From Macrostomum lignano (taxonomy: Eukaryota), in NCBI GenBank assembly GCA_002269645.1, contig NIVC01002217.1, positions 99,908 through 163,907 on the forward strand: a stretch of DNA of 64,000 nucleotides, in the 5' to 3' direction. The position numbers and the translations under genes are program-made. Each line of letters starts with the position of its first letter. Within the stretch, counting starts at the first letter, position 1. The notes under the pieces were generated by a model. The model saw nothing but the letters and a program-made list of their open reading frames with translations, was not told where the DNA came from and did not search any database. This document shows positions 49,053 to 60,500 of this stretch, piece after piece.

Positions 49053-51903
49053 CTACCCGTTCAGCAGAATGCCGTCATCGTCGACAATTTCCACGCCGAT
49101 TTCCATCGCCCATTGGCGCAGCTGGAGTCCTCCGTTGTCTGCGCCGACTTCTTGGTGAGTCGGCGCGGTCCGCGGTCCATCGTCATCAGCGGCCGGATCG
49201 GGCTTCAGGCAGCCGACCGACCATCTGGCCGCCAGGTGCACCGTCAGGGTGAATGAGAGTAAAAATATGGCTAATAGAGCGGAGCATGCGGCCACCAGGC
49301 CAATCTGCAGGCTGCTCATGCTTGTGCCTTTGGATACTGTATGGTTAGTGCTGCGAGTAGACTCAGGGGTTTGAGTGGTACTCAATAAGGTCGTTGCGAA
49401 TGTCGTTTTTATTGTCACTTCTGTTGAAGCCCTAGTAGACGCGGTTGCTGTGGTTGTAGTAGTGGTAGTCGCTGGAGCCGCAGTCGTTGTGGTAGTCGCT
49501 GGAGTCGTAGTCGTTTCAGTTGTAGTCGTTTGAGTCGTAGTCGCTGGAGTCGTAATAGTAGTAGTTAGAGTTGAGGTCGTTGTGGTAGTCGGTTGAGTCG
49601 TAGTCTTTGGAGTCGTAGTCGTTGGAGTCGTGGTGGTCGTCGTTGGAGTCGTGGTGGTCGTCGTTGGAGTCGTGGTGGTCGTCGTTGGAGTCGTGGTGGT
49701 CGTCGTTGGAGTCGTGGTGGTCGTCGTTGGAGTCGTGGTGGTCGTCGTGGGAGTCGTGGTGGTAGTCGTTGGAGTCGTGGTGGTCGCCGTTGGAGTCGTG
49801 GTGGTCGTCGTTGGAGTCGTCGTGGTCGTAGTTCGAGTCGTTGTCGTAGTCGTTGGAGTCGTGGTTGTGTTGGTCGTCGTTGGAGTCGTGGTTGTGGTGG
49901 TTGTCATTGGAGTCTTGGTTGTGGTGGTTGTCGTTGGAGCCGTGGTTGTGGTTGTCGTTGGAGTCTTGGTTGTGGTGGTTGTCGTTGGAGTCGTGGTTGT
50001 GGTGGTTGTCATTGGAGTCGTGGTGGTGGTTGTCGTTGGAGTCGTGGTTGTGTTGGTCGTCGTTGGAGTCGTGGTTGTGGTGGTTGTCATTGGAGTCGTG
50101 GTTGTGGTGGTTGTCGTTGGAGCCGTGGTTGTGGTTGTCGTTGGAGTCGTGGTTGTGGTGGTTGTCGTTGGAGTCGTGGTTGTGGTGGTTGTCGTTGGAG
50201 TCGTTGTAGTCGTGGTCGGCGTTGGAGTCGTGGTGGTCGTTGTTGGAGTCGTGGTGATGGTCGTCGTCGTTGGAGTTGTGGTGGTCGTCGTCGTCGTCGT
50301 CGGAGTCGTTGTGGTGGTCGTAGTTGGAGTCGTTGTGGTGGTCGTAGTTGGAGTCGTTGTGGTGGTCGTCGTTGGAGTCGTGGTTGTGGTGGTTGTCGTT
50401 GGAGTCCTGGTGGTCGTTGGAGTCGTTGTGGTCATGGTCGGCGTAGGAGTCGTGGTGGTCGTCGTCGTTGGAGTCGTGGTGATGGTCGTCGTCGTTGGAG
50501 TTGTGGTGGTGGTGGTTGTCGTTGGAGTCATTGTGGTGGTGGTCGTTGGAGTCGTGGTGGTGGTGGTGGTCGTCGTCTGAGTCGTGGTGGTAGTGGTGGT
50601 CGTCGTACTAGTTGTCGTTTCGAACGTGTCACTTATAACCTATCCGTTAAATTAATTTCAGCTGATGAACACATATCATTAGAAGAATTATGAGTAAGCT
50701 GCGAGCTAAAATCAGAGGCTGAATATGTACCTACTTGTGACACATTATAGGGGCCGACCGTGAGCAGACGCGATAGGCTCAGCCAGCCTGCGGCTTGGCT
50801 TTTGCCGCCCTGGTCAGCCGGGAGCAGCGCCTCAGTCAGCTGGTCGATGGTCGCAGGAGCAATATTGACGGTGCTGTTGTAGCTCAGGAGTAGCTGCATC
50901 GCGCCGGGAATGCTCACATTAGCCTCCAGGCGCAGGAAGTCTGCGTTGACTGTGCGTTACAGTTTTGACATTAATTCGCTGATACAATATGTGCAATACA
51001 TGTACGTGTGCAGTAAATTTTGAGAACTCGGCAACGTGTCAAAGTTTCCACCCGAACACAGTTGAGACGAGAACAGCGGGTGCGATGTGAATTGCGTCAC
51101 TTGGGGCTGAGATCGGAGAAAAGTTGACCAGTGGTTTCTGAGTGGAAACTTTAAAATTTCGCTGAGTTTATTCGTGACCAGCTTAAGACTCGTTCACAGT
51201 AGGGCACACCGCCATCAATTGAGGCCAACTTGCTCGATGTCACACGCAGCCTGCAAATATAACTCCGTCGTTTGCATCAGCGGCTTTGTTTGATGGCTCA
51301 CTTGATGGCGGTGTTAACAAGCTTTTAGCTCGCCTATCTCGCAGTCATTGAACTTTTGAAGGTTACAATTGTATTTTCAGTTGGAGGCAGGAGGCTGTGT
51401 GCACCCTGGCGCACTTTAAGCGACATTGTCACACAACCGGCGAGAGGCATTACTGCCCCATTCTGCCGAATCCCCTATACAGACACACAAGCGCGCGGAT
51501 ACGTACGCAGTCATACGCACAGGCACACACTGACACAGGAGTGCACAGCGGCCCTAACTTTATTTATAATTAGGCTAAGCACTGAGCATGTACACATCAC
51601 TGTGCCATTGCGTTCATTGCACAAGCAGACCCAAGCCGACATTCCAATTTAGCCCCAAATTAATGTGACTGCACTTGGAATCGAGCCTGGGCCGCTGGCA
51701 CATCAGAGCGCCGTGCTAGACAACTAGGCTACGGCCTCATAAAGTTACTTTTATGCGAGTGTTCGAGCTTTAAACGTTTCTACATGGTTTCTTGAATGTT
51801 TTTGAGCAACAGTCAACCTAAGGTGAGAAAGTTTAGACAATTGTCTTCTCTCACCGGTAACGCAGAAGATCATCTGTACAGCAAGCAGCTTTGCAGTCAG
51901 CAT
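49053..51903 (-). CDS. Mucin-like type I membrane glycoprotein (signal peptide, ~70-aa N-domain, ~400-aa Thr/Pro tract, TM, short tail), 616 aa
   Basis: Exons 51903-51855, 50949-50735, 50639-49053, phases 1 and 0. Spliced N-terminus MLTAKLLAVQMIFCVTVNA|DFLRL fits a signal peptide; TM LQIGLVAACSALLAIFLLSFTLTVHLAA. The Thr tract keeps frame and varies at synonymous positions (acg/acc/act/aca). Confidence 0.82.
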
Positions 51904-52156
51904 GTCAGCCAGTCGGTCTCAGATCTGAAATGCTCAAACCTGACTCTGAGAGTGCACAACTGCGTTATATATTTCTAGGCTGTGAGTCGCGGCAATGCCA
52001 ATAGCTACTCGACAGTCGCTGAATTATTTATGAATAGCTCAGCTCTGAGAACAATCAGGCGCCTGAGGTGACGCACAGACCTGCCCAATGTCAATTGTGG
52101 TGGCTGGAGATGGCGTGACTCACGCGTTGCTTGATCTAGTCATTGGAAATATTTTG

Positions 52157-53345
52157 AAGATGGGGCTGAGGATGGGGCTGAGGATGAGGTTGAGGATGGA
52201 GTTGAGGATGGGGATGAGGATGGGGCTGAGGATGAGGTTGAGGATGAGGTTGAGGATGGGGCTGAGGATGGGGTTGAGGATGGGGTTGAGGATGAGGTTG
52301 AGGATGGGGCTGAGGATGGGGCTGAGGATGAGGTTGAGGATGGAGTTGAGGATGGGGATGAGGATGGGGCTGAGGATGAGGTTGAGGATGAGGTTGAGGA
52401 TGGGGCTGAGGATGGGGCTGAGGATGAGGTTGAGGATGAGGTTGAGGATGGAGTTGAGGATGGGGATGAGGATGGGGCTGAGGATGAGGTTGAGGATGAG
52501 GTTGAGGATGGGGCTGAGGATGGGGCTGAGGATGAGGTTGAGGATGGGGCTGAGGATGAGGTTGAGGATGGAGTTGAGGATGGGGATGAGGATGGGGCTG
52601 AGGATAAGGTTGAGGATGAGGTTGAGGATGAGGTTGAGGATGGGGCTGAGGATGGGGCTGAGGATGAGGTTGAGGATGGGGCTGAGGATGAGGTTGAGGA
52701 TGGAGTTGAGGATGGGGATGAGGATGGGGCTGAGGATGAGGTTGAGGATGAGGTTGAGGATGGGGCTGAGGATGGGGCTGAGGATGAGGTTGAGGATGGG
52801 GCTGAGGATGAGGTTGAGGATGGAGTTGAGTATGGGGTTGAGGATGAGGTTGAGGATGGGGCTGAGGATGGGGCTGAGGATGAGGTTGAGGATGAGGTTG
52901 AGGATGGGGCTGAGGATGGGGCTGAGGATGGGGCTGAGGATGAGGTTGAGGATGAGGTTGAGGATGGGGCTGAGGATGAGGTTGAGGATGGAGTTGAGTA
53001 TGGGGTTGAGGATGAGGTTGAGGATGGGGCTGAGGATGGGGCTGAGGATGAGGTTGAGGATGAGGTTGAGGATGGGGTTGAGGATGGGGTTGAGGATGGG
53101 GTTGAGGATGAGGTTGAGGATGGAGTTGAGTATGGGGTTGAGGATGGGGCTGAGGATGGGGTTGAGGATGAGGTTGAGGATGAGGTTGAGGATGGGGTTG
53201 AGGATGGGGTTGAGGATGGGGTTCAGTATGGGGTTGAGGATGGGATCGAGGATGGGGTTGAGGATGGGGTTGAGGATGGGGTTCAGTATGGGGTTGAGGA
53301 TGGGATCGAGGATGGGGTCGAAGATGGGGTTGAGGATGGGGTTGA
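52157..53345. repeat. G-rich 12-bp minisatellite (gaggatggggct / gaggatgaggtt variants)
   Basis: Directly visible. Confidence 0.97.
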
Positions 53346-53374
53346 AGACGGGATTAAGGTTGGAATCGAGGTGG

Positions 53375-54275
53375 GATTGAGGATATAATTGGGATTGTGT
53401 GTGAGGGTGGGGTTGAGGATATAATTGGGGTTGTGTGTGAGAGTGGGATTGAGGATATAATTGGGGTTGTGTGTGAGGGTGGGGTTGAGGATATAATTGG
53501 GGTTGTATGTGAGGGTGGGGTTGAGGATATAATTGGGGTTGTGTGTGAGGGTGGGGTTGAGTATATAATTGGGATTGTGTGTGAGGGTGGGGTTGAGGAT
53601 ATAATTGGGGTTGTGTGTGAGAGTGGGATTGAGGATATAATTGGGGTTGTGTGTGAGAGTGGGATTGAGGATATAATTGGGGTTGTGTGTGAGGGTGGGG
53701 TTGAGGATATAATTGGGATTGTGTGTGAGGGTGGGGTTGAGGATATAATTGGGGTTGTGTGTGAGGGTGGGGTTGAGTATATAATTGGGATTGTGTGTGA
53801 GGGTGGGGTTGAGGATATAATTGGGATTGTGTGAGGGTGGGGTTGAGGATATAATTGGGGTTGTGTGTGAGAGTGGGATTGAGGATATAATTGGGGTTGT
53901 GTGTGAGGGTGGGGTTGAGTATATAATTGGGGTTGTGTGTGAGGGTGGGGTTGAGGATATAATTGGGATTGTGTGTGAGGGTGGGGTTGAGGATATAATT
54001 GGGGTTGTGTGTGAGGGTGGGGTTGAGGATATAATTGGGGTTGTGTGTGAGAGTGGGGTTGAGGATATAATTGGGATTGTGTGTGAGGGTGGGGTTGAGG
54101 ATATAATTGGGATTGTGTGTGAGGGTGGGTCGAGGATATAATTGGGATTGTGTGTGAGAGTGGGATTGAGGATATAATTGGGATTGTGTGTGAGGGTGGG
54201 GTTGAGGATATAATTGGGGTTGTGTGTGAGAGTGGGATTGATGATATAATTGGGGTTGTGTGTGAATGTGGAGTT
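53375..54275. repeat. G-rich 36-bp minisatellite (gaggatataattggggttgtgtgtgagggtggggtt)
   Basis: Directly visible; contiguous with the 12-mer array. Confidence 0.97.
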
Positions 54276-54536
54276 GAGAATATAATCAAGCTTAGATATA
54301 GCAGAGAGGTTGATCTCATTCTTATGATCTGGTCAAGGAATTTCCACTACAAGCAGATATTTTAAACTTCTCATGAAAAAAATCTGTTTTGAGATTCAAA
54401 AAAGGTGTCGCTCATTAGTTCTATCGCTAATTATCTGGCGAGCCAATCCGGCCTGTCTCTATTTCGATTGGTCCCGTTGTGGGGATAAAAATGCCCCGGG
54501 GAAACTGCTATCCCACTCAGCTTTGATCGCTAGAAG

Positions 54537-57500
54537 ATGGACAGCCGGCAGGTTGCAATTTCGCTGCTCCTCTTGTCGCTCTGGTCGGCAGCTCCGCCCA
54601 TTGACTGCGCCGCCTTCAAGGTTGCCATGGTGATAGAGGACGAGGCGCTGCCGCCCGACACGATCCAGCGGCCGTCAGCCGATTAGTGAACAATAATTGG
54701 CGAGTCTTGCCCCGGGGATCCGGCCAGTCGCTGGATTATCGGCTAATTAACGCCAGCAGGGGCCTCGCTTTGACAGCGGCGAGACTGGGTGAGTCAGAGG
54801 AAGGGCATCCGCTAGTCGATAATCCTCATTAATCTGAGACAAAACTCGGGTGGTATTTGCTTACGGTTCGGGTGTCGTGTGTTAGGCCTTGAATGACACT
54901 TTATGGAGTATTGGCCTCAATTAATCTGGGGATAATTGCATGTCGATAGCAAAATAAAGACTTCATCAACTTTATCTAGGTGCGCGATTGTACGGGGTAA
55001 ACAGGCAATCATGACTGCATTTAGGCCTTCACGAACACAGTGCCTGTAGATGACCCACCTCCTGATGGTTATTCTACTGACCCATTCCCTTAATGACCCA
55101 TCCCATACTGACTCATCCCCCGATCCCCTACTGACCCATCCTCTACTGACTCATCCCCCGATCCCCTACTGACCCATCCTCTACTGACTCATCCCCCGAT
55201 CCCCTACTGACCCATCCTCTACTGACTCATCCCCCGATCCCCTACTGACCCATCCTCTACTGACTCATCCCCCGATCCCCTACTGACCCATCCCTACTGA
55301 CTCATCCCCCGATCCCCTACTGACCCATCCCATACTGACTCATCCCCCGATCCCCTACTGACCCATCCCATACTGACTCATCCCCCGATCCCCTACTGAC
55401 CCATCCTCTACTGACTCATCCCCGATCCCCTACTGACCCATCCTACTGACTCATCCCCCGATCCCCTACTGACCCATCCTCTACTGACTCATCCCCGATC
55501 CCCTACTGACCCATCCCATACTGACTCATCCCCCGATCCCCTACTGACCCATCCCATACTGACTCATCCCCCGATCCCCTACTGACCCATCCCATACTGA
55601 CTCATCCCCCGATCCCCTACTGACCCATCCCATACTGACTCATCCCCCGATCCCCTACTGACCCATCCCTACTGACTCATCCCCCGATCCCCTACTGACC
55701 CATCCTGACTCATCCCCGATCCCTACTCCCATCCCATACTGACTCATCCCCCGATCCCCTACTGACCCATCCTCTACTGACTCATCCCCGATCCCCTACT
55801 GACCCATCCTACTGACTCATCCCCCGATCCCTACTGACCCATCCATACTGACTCATCCCCGATCCCCTACTGACCCATCCTACTGACTCATCCCCCGATC
55901 CCTACTGACCCATCCTCTACTGACTCATCCCCGATCCCCTACTGACCCATCCTCTACTGACTCATCCCGATCCCTACTGACCCTACACCCATCCTCTACT
56001 GACTCATCCCCCGATCCCCTACTGACCCATCCCATACTGACTCATCCCCATCTGACCCATCCCATACTGACTCATCCCCCGATCCCCTACTGACCCATCC
56101 CATACTGACTCATCCCCGATCCCCTACTGACCCATCCCATACTGACTCATCCCCGATCCCCTACTGACCCATCCATACTGACTCATCCCCCGATCCCTAC
56201 TGACCCATCCCACTGACTCATCCCCCGATCCCCTACTGACCCATCCTCTACTGACTCATCCCCCGATCCCCTACTGACCATCCTCTACTGACTCATCCCC
56301 CCTACTGACCCATCCTCTACTGACTCATCCCCGATCCCTACTGACGATCCCTACTGACCCATCCTCTACTGACTCATCCCCCGATCCCCTACTGACCCAT
56401 CCTCTACTGACTCATCCCCCGATCCCCTACTGACCCATCCTCTACTGACTCATCCCCCGATCCCCTACTGACCCATCCTACTGACTCATCCCCGATCCCT
56501 ACTGACCCATCCCATACTGACTCATCCCCCGATCCCCTACTGACCCATCCCATACTGACTCATCCCCGATCCCCTACTGACCCATCCCATACTGACTCAT
56601 CCCCGATCCCCTACTGACCGATTCCCTACTGACCCATCCCATACTGACCGATTCCCTACTGACCCATCCCTACTGACCCATTCTCTACTGACCCATTCCT
56701 ACTGACCCATTCCAATGCTGTAATTGAGTGACCCAAATCCTTAATCTAGTTGGCAGTTCAAATTTCCAGCATTTTCCTGTCACAAGCCGGCTGGTATAAG
56801 CTCGAATTCTTAACTATATCGAAAAAATATTTCTGTTTTAATTCAGTCTGTCAAGAAACCGGTCTCAGCGGCATCATCGGGGTTGGAAGCTGCTCGCTGA
56901 TGGAGACTCTGATGAGGTTGGGCAGGAGCCTCGCACTGCCAACAATTGTCATCCCTAACGACCTGTGCGACGCAACATCCAAGTCAGGTTTGTCCGATAT
57001 GTTTGTAGCTTCATGTACGAGTAGCTAGAGATTCTGTCGGTATTTTCTTCCTGGAGTGTGTAGATTTTTTTGGTAGTTTCTTCCTGTAGTGTGTAGATTC
57101 TTTTGGTAGTTTCTTCCGGTAGTTTCTTCCTGTATTGTGTAGATTCTTTTGCTAGTTTCTTCCTGTAGTGTGTAGATTCTTTTGGTAGTTTCTTCCGGTA
57201 GTTTCTTCCTGTATTGTGTAGATTCTTTTGGTAGTTTCTTCCTGTAGTGTGTAGATTCTTTTGGTATTTTCTTCCTGTAGTGTGTAGATTCTTTTGGTAG
57301 TTTCTTCCGGTAGTTTCTTCCTGGAGTGTGTAGATTCTTCCGGTATTTTCTTCCTGTAGTGTGTAGATTCTTTTGGTAGTTTCTTCCGGTAGTTTCTTCC
57401 TGGAGTGTGTAGATTCTTTTGGTAGTTTCTTCCTGTAGTGTGTAGATTCTTTTGGTAGTTTCTGCCGGTAGTTTCTTCCTGGAGTGTGTAGATTCTTTTG

Positions 57501-60500
57501 GTAGTTTCTTCCGGTAGTGTGTAGATTCTTTTGGTAGTTTCTTCCTGTAGTGTGTAGATTCTTTTGGTAGTTTCTTCCTGTAGTGTGTAGATTCTTTTGG
57601 TAGTTTCTTCCGGTAGTTTCTTCCTGGAGTGTGTAGATTCTTTGGTAGTTTCTTCCTGGAGTGTGTAGATTCTTTTGGTAGTTTCTTCTGTAGTGTGTAG
57701 ATTCTTTTGGTAGTTTCTTCCGTTAGTTTCTTCCGGTAGTGTGTAGATTCTTCCGGTATTATTTAAGCAGAGCAATGCGCGAATTTGCCCAAACGGCATT
57801 CCGCCTGTTTACTTTACCTGTTCACAGAGTTCGAGCTTATCGGCGCTGTGGAACCCCGCCTGCTGCTTCGAGCATCCGTTGAGGCATTGAAGTATCATCG
57901 GGTTTCAGACGCCGCCATCTTCTACGACAAATTCCAGAGTGAGTTCCGGCGTAGAAATGAGTGAAGAATCTCAACCCTGAGATGCGATGATTCGAGAATC
58001 TCACCCCTAAGATGCGAGTCAATAGTCTCAACCCTGAGATGCGAGTCAAGAATCTTAACCCTGAGGTGCGAGTCAAGAATCTTAACCCTGAGGTGCAAGT
58101 CAAGAATCTCAACCCTGAGATGCGAGTCAATAGTCTCAACCCTGAGATGCGAGTCAAGAATCTCAACCCTGAGGTGCGAGTCAAGAATCTTAACCCTGAG
58201 GTGCAAGTCAAGAATCTCAACCCTGAGATGCGAGTCAAGAATCTCAACCCTGAGATGCCAGTTTGAGAATCTCATCCCTGAGATGCCAGTCGAGAATCTC
58301 ATCCCTGAGATGCCAGTCGAGAATCTCATCCCTGAGATGCGAGTCAAGAATCTCATCCCTGAGATGCCAGTCGAGAATCTCACCCCTGAGATGCAAGTCA
58401 AGAATCTCAACCCTGAGATGCCAGTTTGAGAATCTCATCCCTGAGATGCGAGTTGAGAATCTCATCCCTGAGATGCGAGTTGAGAATCTCATCCTTGAGA
58501 TTTATATACAGATTTTCACTCCTCTGTCCAGTATGTCACTCGCCTTCAGGGAATCTCAAAGAACTCTGACGCCGTTCCAACCGCCTCACAGGTCTGCCGC
58601 TGCTCGAGGCCTTCCAGAACGACCTCTCAGCCAGCGGCATCAGCGTTATGGCCTTCCAGCTCGAAGCAGGTAAAAATCTCAGCGATATTCTCACCGGGAT
58701 GAGCAAAAGTCGAGTACGATTCAATGTGGTCTTCGCCACTGCGGACAACGTGATTCAGATCCTGGAGACAGTGAGTTCCCAATGTTACTCGTAACTTAAA
58801 TTTTGTTATTGTGAATTCTTAAGATCGCTTGTCAGAGATCTATGGCCCAGCCTATCTACTGACAGGCAGGTATGGACTGTCGGCAGCACCCGAAGCCCCA
58901 CCTGCGAACCCATCCTGCCACCCGTCCCGCAGGCGCTGGCTGCAGGCCTGCTGCGCCAGGACTTCCACTGGCTGCTGCCGGACTCACCGGGTCTCAGCCT
59001 GGCCGCGCTGACCTCCATCGCTCGGCTGGACGCCTGGGGAGCCGCCAACATCCTGGTGGCTCGGAGCCCCACAGCCGGGCTGACGGGGGCTGCACTGTGC
59101 CCGCCGCCTCTGCGGGACGTCTTCCCCCACTGCGGCAGGGACGGCGTCACGGTAAGGAGGAAGTGATCGTGTGTTAGTTGGGATTCTGATCCCAGATTAG
59201 TGGGGATTCTGATCCCAGATTAGTAGGGATTCTGATCCCAGATTAGTAGGGATTCTGATCCCAGATTAGTAGGGATTCTAATCCCAGATTAGTGAGGATT
59301 CTGATCCCAGATTAGTAGGGATTCTAATCCCGGATTAGTGGGATTCTAATCCCAGATTAGTGAGGATTCTAATCCCAGATTAGTAGGGATTCTAATCCCA
59401 GATTAGTGAGGATTCTAATCCCAGATTAGTGAGGATTCTGATCCCAGATTAGTAGGGATTCTAATCCTAGATTAGTAGGGATTCTAATCCCAGATTAGTG
59501 GGATTCTAATCCCAGATTAGTGAGGATTCTAATCCCAGATTATTGAGGATTCTAATCCCAGATTATTGAGGATTCTAATCCCAGATTATTGAGGATTCTA
59601 ATCCCAGATTAGTGGGGATTCTAATCCCAGATTAGTGGGGATTCTAATCCCAGATTAGTAGGGATTCTAATCCCAGATTATTAAGGATTCTAATCCCAGA
59701 TTATTGAGGATTCTAATCCCAGATTAGTGGGGATTCTAATCCCAGATTAGTTGGGATTCTAATCCCAGATTAGTGGGGATTCTAATCCAGATTGGTGAGG
59801 ATTCTGATCCCAGATTAGTAGGGATTCTTATCCCAGATTAGTAGGGATTCTTATCCCAGATTAGTGAGGATTCTGATCCCAGATTAGTAGGGATTCTAAT
59901 CCCAGATTAGTAGGGATTCTAATCCCAGATTATTAAGGATTCTAATCCCAGATTAGTAAGGATTCTGATCCCAGATTAGTGGGGATTTTGATCCCAGATT
60001 AGTGAGGATTCTGATTTCATATAAGTGGGGATTCTGATCCCAGATTAGTAGGATTCGGATCCCATATTAATTTGGATTATGATCTAATGACTTCTCAATT
60101 TACGCAGGATTAGACTAATGACTGTTTACATCAACTAGTCTATTAGTTTAATAATCAGCACAACTAGTCCAACTTTAACCACTTGCTCGCATTTCCAGAG
60201 CATAGAAATGCGATTCACGGAGGCTCTGTTAGCCGTGTCTGAAGCGTACAAAAACTTGACAAGCGCATCGGCTGCGGTGACCTTCAGTGAAAGCAACTCC
60301 AGCTGCAACCCGCTGCAGCCATGGACCAGCGGGGGATCAGTGGCCCGCTTCATCAAGTCGGTAAGTATTGGGGAAGCTGGGGAAAATAGGGATAAAATGC
60401 TGTAATAATGTCTTATAAGGCTTGACTGTTGACTCTAGGGCCAAATCGTATTTAATAGCAGGTGGAAAGCTAATCTATAGACCACTGATTGCTAGTCTAT

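Noticed and set aside
12660-50670. ctgatga motifs checked as hammerhead ribozyme cores
   Set aside because: None showed a correctly placed gaaa with the required three stems on inspection.
53354-54319. Minus-strand ORF MRSTSLLYLSLIIFSTP... that looks like a secreted S/T/P-rich mucin
   Set aside because: It changes repeat frame midway, has no usable donor, and the adjoining 12-mer array has stops in the S/T/P frame (~53224 and ~53284). A better phase-compatible signal exon for the mucin exists at 51903-51855.
58821-58866. Alternative upstream acceptors for iGluR exon 5 (ttaag, gtcag, gacag)
   Set aside because: The first two hit TGA in frame, and the third gives a phase incompatible with the phase-0 exon at 60199; the AG ending at 58869 was retained.
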